Shown piece after piece: positions 9,863-19,239 of a DNA stretch of 64,000 nt. Below the pieces are notes generated by a model. It saw only the letters and a list, made by a program, of their open reading frames with translations. It was not told where the DNA came from and searched no databases. The stretch spans positions 4,256,001 to 4,320,000 of the forward strand of contig OY759353.1 of the NCBI GenBank assembly GCA_963662315.1, written 5' to 3'. The translations under genes were made by a program, and so were the position numbers. Each line of letters opens with the position of its first letter. Positions within the stretch are counted from its first letter, which is position 1. This DNA comes from Geopsychrobacteraceae bacterium. GTDB lineage: Bacteria; Desulfobacterota; Desulfuromonadia; Desulfuromonadales; Geopsychrobacteraceae.

Positions 9863-10132
9863 CACCAGGACCTCTAATCAAATATTGACGACAGCGGCCC
9901 GGATGAGACCATTGACCGACTCTATGTGACAGGCTGGGTAAAAATTACCCCATCACGCGAATTTAGCTAACATGAGTCCTTGGCCTCAGAAAAGATTCCC
10001 TGATATTTATCAAGGAGTTCATGGGATATTTTACTTTCCCCAAGGGCGTCCTCTGGGTTAAATTAACTTTGTAATTTAATCTTGGTTAGCTGGAGGGTAC
10101 CTTGGCTAAGGATCTGAAGGGATAACTTTTTG

Positions 10133-10173
10133 AAACCGTCGTTGTCGGCTTATTGCTGACCGGCGGTTTTTTT
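10133..10173 (+). terminator. Intrinsic terminator just upstream of the hybrid kinase (possible attenuator)
   Basis: AAACCGTCG-TT-GTCGGC-TTATT-GCTGAC-CGGCGG followed by a T run. Confidence 0.6.
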
Positions 10174-10214
10174 ATTTACTGAGTGACTAATTCTCCGGAG
10201 GGATAATTTAGATC

Positions 10215-12914
10215 ATGGAAAAGGGAATGCCTCATAAAAGCATGGAGATACTTCGGTTGTTCGCCGAACATGCGCCTTGTGCCTTGGCCATGTTTGATCG
10301 TGACATGCGTTACCTTCTCGTCAGTCGTCGTTGGCGCACAGATTATGGCCTCGGTGACCGTGATCTGCTGGGAGTTTCGCTCTATGACGTTTTCCCAGAA
10401 CTCCCCAAGACTTGTCGAGATGATCATCGCCGTGGACTGAATGGGGAGGTCCTGCAGTCGGCAGGAGACCGTTTTGAACGCACGGACGGAAGCGTGCAGT
10501 GGATCAAATGGGAGATCCGGCCTTGGTTTGACGATTCTGAAAAGGTTGGTGGAATCATCCTTTTCACGGAGGACATTACTCGCCAAAAGAGTGCCGAAGA
10601 AGCATTATGCTCCAGCGAAGAGCAGTTCCGGATCATGTTTATGCAATCAAGTGTGGGCAACGTTATGGCTGATCCAGCGACCGGGCGGTTTCTCAAAGTG
10701 AATCCCGCCTATTGTCAAATAACCGGCTACACAGAAGACCAATTGCTTCAGAAATCCTTTACTGAGGTTACCCATCCCGAAGATCGCTACGCAACCCAGG
10801 TTAATCTTAAACTCCTGATTCGTGGCGAAATCAAAAGTTTCAAGACCGAAAAGCGTTATCTCAGACCAGATGGAACCGTGGCCTGGGCACATTTGACCGT
10901 AAACTTGGTCCGTGACACGAATGGGCAGCCTTTGCACACCTTGGCCGTTGTTCAGGACATTTCCGAACGCCGACGGGCCGAGAACGATTTGGCAGCCAGC
11001 GAAAAAAAATACCGCGAACTCCTGGAGACCGCCAACAGCATCATTATTCGCTGGGACTCTCAGGGGATCATTCGCTATGTCAATAAATTTGGCCTGCGAT
11101 TTTTTGGCTATTCGCGTCCGGAATTGTTGGGCCAGCAGATCCTGAAATTGGTGCCGGAAATTGAAGGGAGCTCTGGAGGGGATCTTTCCGTTTTTGTCAA
11201 AAATATCCTGAAACATGCTGAACAACATTCCTCTGTTCTGAACCAAAATATCAGAAAAGACGGTAAAGTGGTGTGGGTCACCTGGACCAATAAGGCCATC
11301 GTCGATGAACGGGGAGATGTTCAAGAAATTCTGGCTATCGGCAACGACGTAACTGCTCAGAAAGAAGCGGAAGTTGCGCTGCGGCTGAGCGAGGAACGTT
11401 TCAGAACCTTGAATCGTTCAATGGTTCAACCCATGGCTTTTCACGAAATTATTTGTGACGCCAGTGGAAACCCGATCGACTATCGTTTTCTCGATGTGAA
11501 TCCAGCCTTTGAAAAGCTTCTCGGCAAAACAGCTGCGGACATTGTCGGCAAAACAGTCCTGGAGATTTCCCCGGACACAGAAGCACATTGGATAGAAACC
11601 TATGGCAAGGTTGCTTTGAGCGGTGAACCGCTTCATTTTGAGAATTATTCTCAAGGGCTGGAGCGCCATCTTGATGTCGTGGCTTACTCTCCGGCGAGAG
11701 GACAGTTTGCGGTGATTATCACCGATATCTCTGAACAGGTGCGAATGCGGGAAGAAAAGCGTCGTTTTGAAGAGCAGATCTTCCATGCCCAGAAGTTGGA
11801 AAGTCTCGGTATCCTCGCCGGGGGCATCGCTCATGATTTCAACAATATCCTGATGGCGGTATTGGGGAATGCCGACCTGGCCTTGCGGCGCATCGCTCCC
11901 GAATCTCCGGCAATGGACAATATTCAGCAGATTGAACAAGCTGCCAGCAGAGCCGCCGACCTTGCCGGGCAAATGCTCGCCTACTCAGGAAAAGGGCATT
12001 TTGTTGTCGAAACTTTGAATCTCGATAAACTCATCCAGGAAATGACCCATATCCTGCAGGTCTCGATATCCAAGCAAGCAGTGATACGCTTCAATTTCCA
12101 TCCCAATCTTCCCGCCGTAGAGGGCGATGCCACGCAATTGCGCCAGGTCATTATGAACTTGGTCATCAATGCCTCAGAGGCCATCGGGGAAAGAAGTGGG
12201 GTTATCGCTATTTCGACCGGAGCAATGGATTGTGATCGGGCTTATTTGAAGAGTACTTTTCTCAACGAGGATCTCGCCGAGGGGATGTATGTCTTTATCG
12301 AGGTTGCCGATACGGGGTGTGGGATGGATAAGCATACACTCAACCACCTGTTTGATCCCTTTTTCAGTACCAAATTTACCGGCCGTGGACTCGGCATGGC
12401 AGCCGTTCTCGGGATAGTCAGAGGTCATAAAGGTGCGATCAAAGTCTATAGTGAACTGGGCAAGGGGACCACGTTTAAGGTTTTGTTTCCGGCTTCATCC
12501 AGATCTCAAACCTTTTATGATTCGGGCAAAACTGAAACGATCTGGCAAGGGACTGGCACGATCCTGCTGGTCGATGATGAGGAAACCGTGCGTGCTATCG
12601 GAAAGGCTATGCTTCAGGAATTGGGGCTTGAGGTCCTGACGGCTTCCGATGGGCGAGAAGCCTTGGAGCTCTTTCGAAAAAAGCAGCAACAGATTAACTG
12701 TGTGCTGATGGATCTGACTATGCCACATATGGATGGTGTCGAGGCCTTCCGGGAACTGCGGCGGATCGATCCTGCGGTGAAAATCATTATGGCCAGCGGC
12801 TATAACGAACAGGAAGTGGGACAGAAATTTATTGGCAAAGGGCTGTCGGGGTTTATTCAAAAGCCTTATCGCATTTCAGCGTTGGCAGCGGTTCTTCAAT
12901 CCCTGGACGACTGA
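10215..12914 (+). CDS. Multi-PAS hybrid sensor histidine kinase with C-terminal receiver domain
   Basis: Four PAS/PAC repeats, H-box AGGIAHDFNN, NASEA/DTGCG/GLGM HATPase, receiver LVDDE...MDLTMP...KPY. Confidence 0.95.
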   Translation: MEKGMPHKSMEILRLFAEHAPCALAMFDRDMRYLLVSRRWRTDYGLGDRDLLGVSLYDVFPELPKTCRDDHRRGLNGEVLQSAGDRFERTDGSVQWIKWEIRPWFDDSEKVGGIILFTEDITRQKSAEEALCSSEEQFRIMFMQSSVGNVMADPATGRFLKVNPAYCQITGYTEDQLLQKSFTEVTHPEDRYATQVNLKLLIRGEIKSFKTEKRYLRPDGTVAWAHLTVNLVRDTNGQPLHTLAVVQDISERRRAENDLAASEKKYRELLETANSIIIRWDSQGIIRYVNKFGLRFFGYSRPELLGQQILKLVPEIEGSSGGDLSVFVKNILKHAEQHSSVLNQNIRKDGKVVWVTWTNKAIVDERGDVQEILAIGNDVTAQKEAEVALRLSEERFRTLNRSMVQPMAFHEIICDASGNPIDYRFLDVNPAFEKLLGKTAADIVGKTVLEISPDTEAHWIETYGKVALSGEPLHFENYSQGLERHLDVVAYSPARGQFAVIITDISEQVRMREEKRRFEEQIFHAQKLESLGILAGGIAHDFNNILMAVLGNADLALRRIAPESPAMDNIQQIEQAASRAADLAGQMLAYSGKGHFVVETLNLDKLIQEMTHILQVSISKQAVIRFNFHPNLPAVEGDATQLRQVIMNLVINASEAIGERSGVIAISTGAMDCDRAYLKSTFLNEDLAEGMYVFIEVADTGCGMDKHTLNHLFDPFFSTKFTGRGLGMAAVLGIVRGHKGAIKVYSELGKGTTFKVLFPASSRSQTFYDSGKTETIWQGTGTILLVDDEETVRAIGKAMLQELGLEVLTASDGREALELFRKKQQQINCVLMDLTMPHMDGVEAFRELRRIDPAVKIIMASGYNEQEVGQKFIGKGLSGFIQKPYRISALAAVLQSLDD

Positions 12915-12987
12915 TAAATCACGGAAATCCATTTTATGGGGTTACAGATGGTCGCTCTCTGAAAATAATGGACTTTTCCCAGCGCCT

Positions 12988-13848
12988 TTAAGCTTCTTCG
13001 ATCCGCGCATCTTCCCCCCAGGCCTTGGCACTGCGCGCCACCTTCTTGCGCACCTCCTTCCAGGCTCCATCTACGTTGAACATCGATTCCGGCAAGGCCT
13101 GCAACATCTTTTGATAGAGAGACCAGGACACCGTGAAGGTCAGTTCGTCCCCTTTCATATACTTCCTGACCGACACGTCAAAACCGCCGATTACGGCCTT
13201 CTCGACACCCTGCCCTTGATAATACAGCGGCCAGGCGACCATATTCGTGCAGCCCGCACCGAAGGGCGAGGCGACGCAGTCCATATCCCCGGTCGTGAAA
13301 ACCGTGTGGGTGAAGAGACCGCTCAGCACTTCGGGCCGGGCGAAAAAAATCACCAACTCCGGTTCTTCTCCATCGGCAAAGCTGGAGAGTGGTTTGAAAA
13401 TGCAGTATTTTGCCGGGGCTTTGCGCGGATCGACCTCGGCAAGAAATTTTCGCATCGCCTCCGGGGTTGGCATGTACCGTTCACCATGCACCGGCGTCCC
13501 ACTGAAGCCCGTGCTCACATAGTGCTCGATGAAGCGAAGATGCGGCTTCAACAGGGAGCAGTAATACACGCCGCCAAAGCAGCCGTATTCTTCCTTGGAA
13601 ATGAAGGCGGCGCAGCCCTTCTTCCGTGCCAGCCGGATGTTGGCCATGACACAGGAAAAGGTCTTCATGGCTTCCTGCAGATCGAGTTGCCCGGATTCTT
13701 CCAGTTCTCGTGAAATGGGCACCCCGGTTTTGGGGCCCACGGCATTGTCTGGCAGGTGGTCTGCGTAATAGACGCCGAACGGCTCTTCACCCAGCCCGAG
13801 ATGCTCCAGAAAGCGGTGCGTATCTTCAAGAATCTGCTGAACAGTCAT
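12988..13848 (-). CDS. DUF169 family protein
   Basis: Cys-containing FSCV, YGCFGG, SPFGAGC and GGFD..R..M..DEL.F pattern typical of DUF169. Confidence 0.75.
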   Translation of the reverse strand: MTVQQILEDTHRFLEHLGLGEEPFGVYYADHLPDNAVGPKTGVPISRELEESGQLDLQEAMKTFSCVMANIRLARKKGCAAFISKEEYGCFGGVYYCSLLKPHLRFIEHYVSTGFSGTPVHGERYMPTPEAMRKFLAEVDPRKAPAKYCIFKPLSSFADGEEPELVIFFARPEVLSGLFTHTVFTTGDMDCVASPFGAGCTNMVAWPLYYQGQGVEKAVIGGFDVSVRKYMKGDELTFTVSWSLYQKMLQALPESMFNVDGAWKEVRKKVARSAKAWGEDARIEEA

Positions 13849-14101
13849 GAAAGTTCCTCCTTGCTGGTGTTGTTAGCTCCGCCAGAAGCAGCTCTCCTAT
13901 CAAAAGAGTCCTCAGCGCCTTGGCGTCTTGCATTGAACAGGAATCATTCTATATTGTATCTAAATACAGAATAAAGCGGATCAAATAAAAACTCTCCTCC
14001 CAAAATGGGCATAATCGTGCGGGACTTTCTCAATGACATTCCTTTCTTGATGGGTAAACTAGGGGGGGACTAGCGCCATTCGGGAGTGCCCCTAGTTTTT
14101 G

Positions 14102-14535
14102 AAAAGACGAAACCGGCGGGTCCCGGCCCGCCAGCCGGCTTCATTTTTCCCAACGATGGAAAAACGAAGCAAAAAGATCTTTGAAGGTCAAGGTAACTGA
14201 CGATAGCTGTGTTGAGTTACGTTTAAAGGTTGCTGGGTGCAATTAACCGGCAGCCCACGCTGCTGTCGCAGCTAATGGGCAAGGGCGTTAGTTGGAAGAC
14301 GAAGTATAGAGTTTCTATCGGTTTTCGCTACTAAACCCACCATCAATAAATAATGCGGTTCTGGCCATCAGGCGCGATTTGAGCCGTCAGGCCGGCTGGT
14401 CAATTGCTGATTGCCTCTTGACGCATAACGACGCCCGAACACGGACATATTAAAGAGGGCTTTTTGTGCTTACTATTTTTAGCCTGATTGTGAAAAATAG
14501 TAAGGCATCGTGCGGGGCGCAACCCCGCGACTTTG
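14102..14535. repeat. Copy 1 of a ~453-bp tandemly duplicated, hairpin-rich noncoding element
   Basis: Alignable over its length to 14555-14986; first ~194 nt differ at only 3 positions; multiple stem-loops. Confidence 0.9.
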
Positions 14536-14554
14536 CTTGTTTCATTTAAGTCAT

Positions 14555-14986
14555 AAAAGACGAAACCGGCGGGTCCCGGCCCGCCAGCCGGCTTCATTTT
14601 TCCCAACGATGGAAAAACGAAGCAAAAAGATCTTTGAAGGTCAAGGTAACTGACGATAGCTGTGTTGGGTTACGTTTAAAGGTTGCTGGGTGCAATTAAC
14701 CGGCAGCCCACGCTGCTGCCGCAGCTAATGGGCAAGGGCGTCAGTTGGTGCGGAATGCCGTGGGATTATCGATATTCGTTTTTAAATCCATTATCCATCA
14801 AATAGTGCGGTTTTGGCCATCAGGCGCACGTTGCGCCGTCGGCCGGCTGGTCAGATGCTGGATGTTCCTTTTGAGAGACGAAGCCCGAGTCCAGACCTTT
14901 TAAAGAAGGGCGTTTTGTGCTTACTATTTGTCGCCCGCCTGGGACAAATAGTAAGGCGTCGTGCGGGGCGCAACCCCGTGGCTTTG
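14555..14986. repeat. Copy 2 of the ~453-bp tandem element
   Basis: Begins AAAAGACGAAACCGGCGGGTCCCGGCCCGCC like copy 1; ends GTGCGGGGCGCAACCCCGTGGCTTTG. Confidence 0.9.
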
Positions 14987-15052
14987 TCTTTGCCTATCGA
15001 GTTCAAGATAAAAGAAGAAAACACTGCAACGTTGGAACGTCTGTCAGTGCTT

Positions 15053-16003
15053 TTAAGTCATCCGCAACAATACCTTCTCACCAGGTCTCTTTTGCAACGC
15101 ATCCAGATAATGCTCGAGCGAAAAGCTGCTGTTTATCTCGACCTTTATCCCGGGATCACCAAATAAACCGATCAACTGCTGATAAAACAGGTGGATGTCA
15201 TCCAGGGAGTCTAGAAAATTTTGAAATCTGAAGGGCTGCATTGTTAACTGTTTAAACAGAATTTGCGGCGCAGATATCGTGATGTCAGCGTTGTCCAGCG
15301 CTCCATAAAAGATATAGCGGCCCCCTGTTGCCATGGATTCAAAAAGAGCTGTAGAGAGCTGTCCGCCAACACAGTCAAAGCAGGTCGAAATCCCTTGCTG
15401 GTTCGTTGCGTCCATAATCCTGGTTTTCATTTCACTTAGGTTCGATGAATCGACAACCAGGTTTGCACCCATCTTTTCCAGGTTTTCGCCATCTTCTCCG
15501 GCGCGAATGGAGCAGGCGACTTGAATCTTTCTTTTGACGGCAAATTGCAAAATCAGTTTTGCAACGGTTGAGCTGCCGGCGGTTAAAAATAACCATTCTC
15601 CCGGATCCTGACGGGTATTGAGCAGGCCATAAGCGGTTGCCGCATTAAGGACAAGTTGGGTTGCTTTTTCCATGGGGTAATCGTCAGGAAGCGGAATGAG
15701 GTTATGGTCAGGAACCAGTGCATATTCAGCCCATGCGCCAGGGTAGCGGAAGGCGACCAGGGTTCCTGCCGGGAGCGAGCCGCCAGATTGGTGAATAAGA
15801 CCGACACCATCTAATCCGGCAATTTGCGGAAATTGAGCCTTGATTCCATACTGCCCCTGTATAAACATGTGATCTGCGGGATTTATTGAGGCGTAGAGCA
15901 TTTTTACCAAGGAATGCGATTTTGCCATGCTGGGTAGAGGAATGTCTTTCAGCGCCAATATCTCGTGCGGCAAGCCATATTGTTCAAAAAAAAGTGCTTT
16001 CAT
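15053..16003 (-). CDS. MDR-family NADPH:quinone oxidoreductase / enoyl reductase-like protein
   Basis: ASINPADH..IQG.YG, G.DGVG, GAWAEY, FDCVGG motifs. Confidence 0.88.
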   Translation of the reverse strand: MKALFFEQYGLPHEILALKDIPLPSMAKSHSLVKMLYASINPADHMFIQGQYGIKAQFPQIAGLDGVGLIHQSGGSLPAGTLVAFRYPGAWAEYALVPDHNLIPLPDDYPMEKATQLVLNAATAYGLLNTRQDPGEWLFLTAGSSTVAKLILQFAVKRKIQVACSIRAGEDGENLEKMGANLVVDSSNLSEMKTRIMDATNQQGISTCFDCVGGQLSTALFESMATGGRYIFYGALDNADITISAPQILFKQLTMQPFRFQNFLDSLDDIHLFYQQLIGLFGDPGIKVEINSSFSLEHYLDALQKRPGEKVLLRMT

Positions 16004-16045
16004 TTTTTTTCCTGGAGTATTAGAGGGTTAACGTTATGTCTTTAT

Positions 16046-17743
16046 CCTGAATCCGTGAGTTAACAAACTTAAAACTGTTTTCGATCTTTGACAATCAGCT
16101 GATTTTACAGTGCTTTTCTGCTATTCTTGAATCGCATCGAATTTCACCCAAGGAGTTTTGGTTGTGACATTTCCCCGGTTCAAGCTTGAGCAGTCAAAGC
16201 AGGAATTTTACACCTCTCAGTCTGGCCTGGCTCTGGTCGGTGTGGCATTGAATCGCTATACCTCGCTGGCTTCGCGGGTCGATAAAGCGGCTCCCAAACG
16301 GGGAATCGCCACGTCCGATGTCCTGCGCAGCTATCTGGGTCTGCTCTGTCAGGGTAAAAGCGATTTTGCCGCTATCCATCCTTTTTTTGAGGACGATGAG
16401 TTTTTTCGGACCTCGTTGGGGCTAACCAAAACGCCCTCACAGGAAACATTGCGGCAGCGTCTCGATCAGTTCGCCGAGGTCTTGCGGATCATCGTCGACT
16501 TCTGTTCGGTGGAGTTTCTCAAGAAAGCCAAGGCACAACTCTCGCCATTGTCCACTGGGCATATGCCTCTTGATCTGGATGTTTTCACTCTCGACAACTC
16601 GGACACCAAGAAAGAGGGTGTCTCCTACACGTATCGAGGCTTTAACGGTTACGCCCCTCTTGGTGTCTGGCTGGGACTGGAAGGCTGGTGTTTGGAGATC
16701 GAACAGCGTCCCGGTTCCCAGCATGCTCAGGAAGGATTTATCCCTCTGCTGTTACGGGCCTTGCACAAAGCCCATCAGCTAACCGACGCCCCACTGCTGG
16801 TGCGACTGGACAGCGCCCATGATGCCCTGGCGACATTGATCGCCCTGAAAGAGCAGAAGGCCGACTTCATCATCAAATGGAATCCGCGCAACACCGATGT
16901 TCCGATCAAAGCCACGGAAATCTTTGCCCACGGCAAGCTGGTGAAAGACACCAAGGACGAACGGATCGCCATCATGACGGAAACGGTTGAACGGACCTAC
17001 AACGATGGCGAGGGCAAAGACAAAACCATCAAGGTACGTCGTGTTCTGCGTGCCTCTGAGCGCTGGTTTGATCGAAACGGTCCACTTCTGGTTCCCGATA
17101 TCGAGATTGAAGGCTGGTGGACCAGTCTCTCCAGCAACAAGGAGACGATCATCGAACTCTACAAGGGGCATGCCCTGTGCGAGCAGTATCATTCCGAACT
17201 CAAGACCGACCTGGATCTGGAGCGGCTGCCATCGGGCAAGCTTGCGACCAACGCTCTGGTGATGAGCTGTGCCGGGCTGGCGTACAATCTGTTGCGGGCC
17301 ATCGGCCAGGTCGGTCTGATGGACAAAAAACAGGCCCGTCGAGCCAAACAGCGTCGGCGCCTCAAAACCGTACTGCAGGATTTGATGTACTTCGCTGCCC
17401 GATTTCTTCGTCACGCCCATGGCTTGATGCTGCGATTCAGTTGCCATGCGATCAGGCAGGCACAGGCTTTCATCAAGACCTATGAGCATTTTGCCTATGA
17501 CTAATGTCGAAACGCATCAGTACAGTGCTGAAAAATACCGCGGCCAAGGACGTGCACAGTCACGCACGTCCTCAATTTACAAAGGAGCAAGACGAACGAA
17601 AAAATAATCAGCTGAATTGTCAAAGAACGTAGCTACCTGTGCTCATCGGAGTAGATCAGGTCAGCTTTGAATCAAAATTGACTGCGAAAATGGGTTCGCA
17701 GGCAAAGCGTGAAAGTGCCGACTGGCTACCTCACGGATTCAGG
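16046..17743 (+). mobile_element. Complete IS1380-family insertion sequence
   Basis: Perfect 14-bp terminal IR CCTGAATCCGTGAG (16046) / CTCACGGATTCAGG (17730-17743), 5-bp target duplication TTTAT (16041-45, 17744-48), single transposase ORF. Confidence 0.95.
16158..17504 (+). CDS. IS1380 family DDE transposase
   Basis: Motifs PSQETLRQRLD, DLDV..LDNS.TKKEG, VRLDS, Y..H..CEQYHSELKTDLDLERLPSGK. Confidence 0.95.
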   Translation: MVVTFPRFKLEQSKQEFYTSQSGLALVGVALNRYTSLASRVDKAAPKRGIATSDVLRSYLGLLCQGKSDFAAIHPFFEDDEFFRTSLGLTKTPSQETLRQRLDQFAEVLRIIVDFCSVEFLKKAKAQLSPLSTGHMPLDLDVFTLDNSDTKKEGVSYTYRGFNGYAPLGVWLGLEGWCLEIEQRPGSQHAQEGFIPLLLRALHKAHQLTDAPLLVRLDSAHDALATLIALKEQKADFIIKWNPRNTDVPIKATEIFAHGKLVKDTKDERIAIMTETVERTYNDGEGKDKTIKVRRVLRASERWFDRNGPLLVPDIEIEGWWTSLSSNKETIIELYKGHALCEQYHSELKTDLDLERLPSGKLATNALVMSCAGLAYNLLRAIGQVGLMDKKQARRAKQRRRLKTVLQDLMYFAARFLRHAHGLMLRFSCHAIRQAQAFIKTYEHFAYD

Positions 17744-17782
17744 TTTATAAGTCATAATAAAGGGATGACGTAAGAAGACAAG

Positions 17783-17800
17783 ACTGACAATTTTGTCAGT
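17783..17800. promoter_or_regulatory. Probable HxlR-family operator palindrome
   Basis: ACTGACAA-TT-TTGTCAGT immediately upstream of the HxlR gene. Confidence 0.55.
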
Positions 17801-17812
17801 AGCAGGCTATGT

Positions 17813-18160
17813 ATGAAAAAAATGACTTCAAATCATGAAAACCGAATAATGATAGGGCAAAAATGCCCATTGACCATGGCGATGGACGTTATATCTGGCC
17901 GGTGGAAAGCTGTGATCCTTTATCGTCTTATCCATCAGGATATGGGTTTTCATGAGTTACATCGTTCAATTGTCGGTGTGAGCGAAAAGGTATTGGCTCG
18001 GCAATTATCTGCGCTGGCAAAAGACCAATTAATCGAAAAACAGAAACAGGCCCTCCCTGAAAAAACCGTCTATTCTTTAAGTGAGCGAGGTCACCGGCTT
18101 AAACCGATTCTGCTTGATCTGTCAGGGTGGGCAAAAAAGGAGAAGCTGAAACCTTTTTAG
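17813..18160 (+). CDS. HxlR/DUF24 winged-helix regulator (redox-sensing type)
   Basis: CPLT.AMD.ISGRWK..IL..L...MGFHEL...GVSEKVL..QL..L...Y.LSE.G..LKPIL; N-terminal Cys. Confidence 0.92.
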   Translation: MKKMTSNHENRIMIGQKCPLTMAMDVISGRWKAVILYRLIHQDMGFHELHRSIVGVSEKVLARQLSALAKDQLIEKQKQALPEKTVYSLSERGHRLKPILLDLSGWAKKEKLKPF

Positions 18161-18435
18161 TGAGTTTTTTTGTCTGGCACCAAATTCATTGCAAAACTTT
18201 GAGATTAGCCAGAGATAATGTATAATCACTAACAGCTGTTAATGAAGCAGGTTTTTCGCCTCTTCATGTTTTGGTGTTTAAGATAATTGAGAGTAACAGG
18301 ATCAGGCAACTTCTTTAATCCTGTCGCATATTGGAGGCATACCATATCAAAACACCGCATCCTGTAAACGTTTCCAGAATTAAGTCACAATCAAATCCGA
18401 CTTTGGGGTAACTGATATTGAGAAAGGTGATTCCT

Positions 18436-19239
18436 ATGCGTAACCTTTTTATTTTTATCATGCTGGTGAGCTGTATTTTTTTGCCACTACAGGCTGAAGC
18501 CGCTGGCAAATCCGTAAATCGTCTCGACCGTATCCGGGTTGCTAAGGTTGTACGTGTCTGTATCTGGCCTGACTATTATGGAATCACCTACCGGAATCCT
18601 AAAACTCAAGAACTCTCCGGAATTGATATCGATATGGCTAAAGCGCTTGGTAAAGATTTGGCTGTTGCCGTGCAGTTTGTTGACAGTTCCTTTGCTACGC
18701 TTATTGATGATGTGACGAAGGATCGCTGTGATGTCGCTATGTTTGCTATCGGGATCACACCTTCGCGAGTAAAACACCTGCGTTTTACTCAAAGTCATCT
18801 GGCGAGCGACATTTATGCAATAACGACCAAAACCAACCGCCGGATCAAGAAATGGGAAGATATTGACAGCCCTGGCTCGATTGTGGCGGTGGCCAAAGGT
18901 ACGCTGCATGAGCCTGTTATGAAGGCAAAACTCAAAGCTGCCCAGCTACTTGTTCTTGATACGCCCTTTGCCCGCGAGCAGGAAGTACAGTCAGGACGCG
19001 CCGATGTTTTCATGACGGATTTCCCCTATAGCCAACGGTTTCTGGCCAATGCCGACTGGGCACGTCTTGTTGTGCCACCAAAAACCTATCACGTTACTCC
19101 CTATGCCTATGCCATGAAACTGGACGATGATATTTGGTATGCGCGCATGGAACAGTTCGTCAGCGATATCAAACGTGATGGCCGCCTAATGGCCGCGGCG
19201 AAGCGTCACAAGCTGGAGCCTATCGTCGTCCATGAATAA
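18436..19239 (+). CDS. Family-3 periplasmic substrate-binding protein (amino-acid ABC/cyclohexadienyl dehydratase-like)
   Basis: Signal peptide, SGIDIDMAKAL, GITPSR, SGRADVFMTD. Confidence 0.85.
   Translation: MRNLFIFIMLVSCIFLPLQAEAAGKSVNRLDRIRVAKVVRVCIWPDYYGITYRNPKTQELSGIDIDMAKALGKDLAVAVQFVDSSFATLIDDVTKDRCDVAMFAIGITPSRVKHLRFTQSHLASDIYAITTKTNRRIKKWEDIDSPGSIVAVAKGTLHEPVMKAKLKAAQLLVLDTPFAREQEVQSGRADVFMTDFPYSQRFLANADWARLVVPPKTYHVTPYAYAMKLDDDIWYARMEQFVSDIKRDGRLMAAAKRHKLEPIVVHE

Noticed and set aside
8460..10000. Prophage
   Set aside because: Only an endolysin-like peptidase is present; no integrase, structural, terminase or holin genes and no att repeats seen.
12832..13713. 293-aa plus-strand ORF
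   Set aside because: Antisense shadow of the DUF169 gene; no motifs.
14102..14986. CRISPR array or coding role for the tandem repeat (ORFs 14400-14606, 14813-15166)
   Set aside because: The unit is ~453 bp with two copies, with no short repeat-spacer periodicity and no cas genes. The ORFs are not preserved between copies and lack recognisable motifs.
16779..17489. 236-aa minus-strand ORF inside the IS
   Set aside because: Antisense shadow of the transposase.
18174..18195. Sigma54 promoter TGGCAC...TTGC upstream of the SBP gene
   Set aside because: GG-to-GC spacing is 13 nt rather than the required 10.
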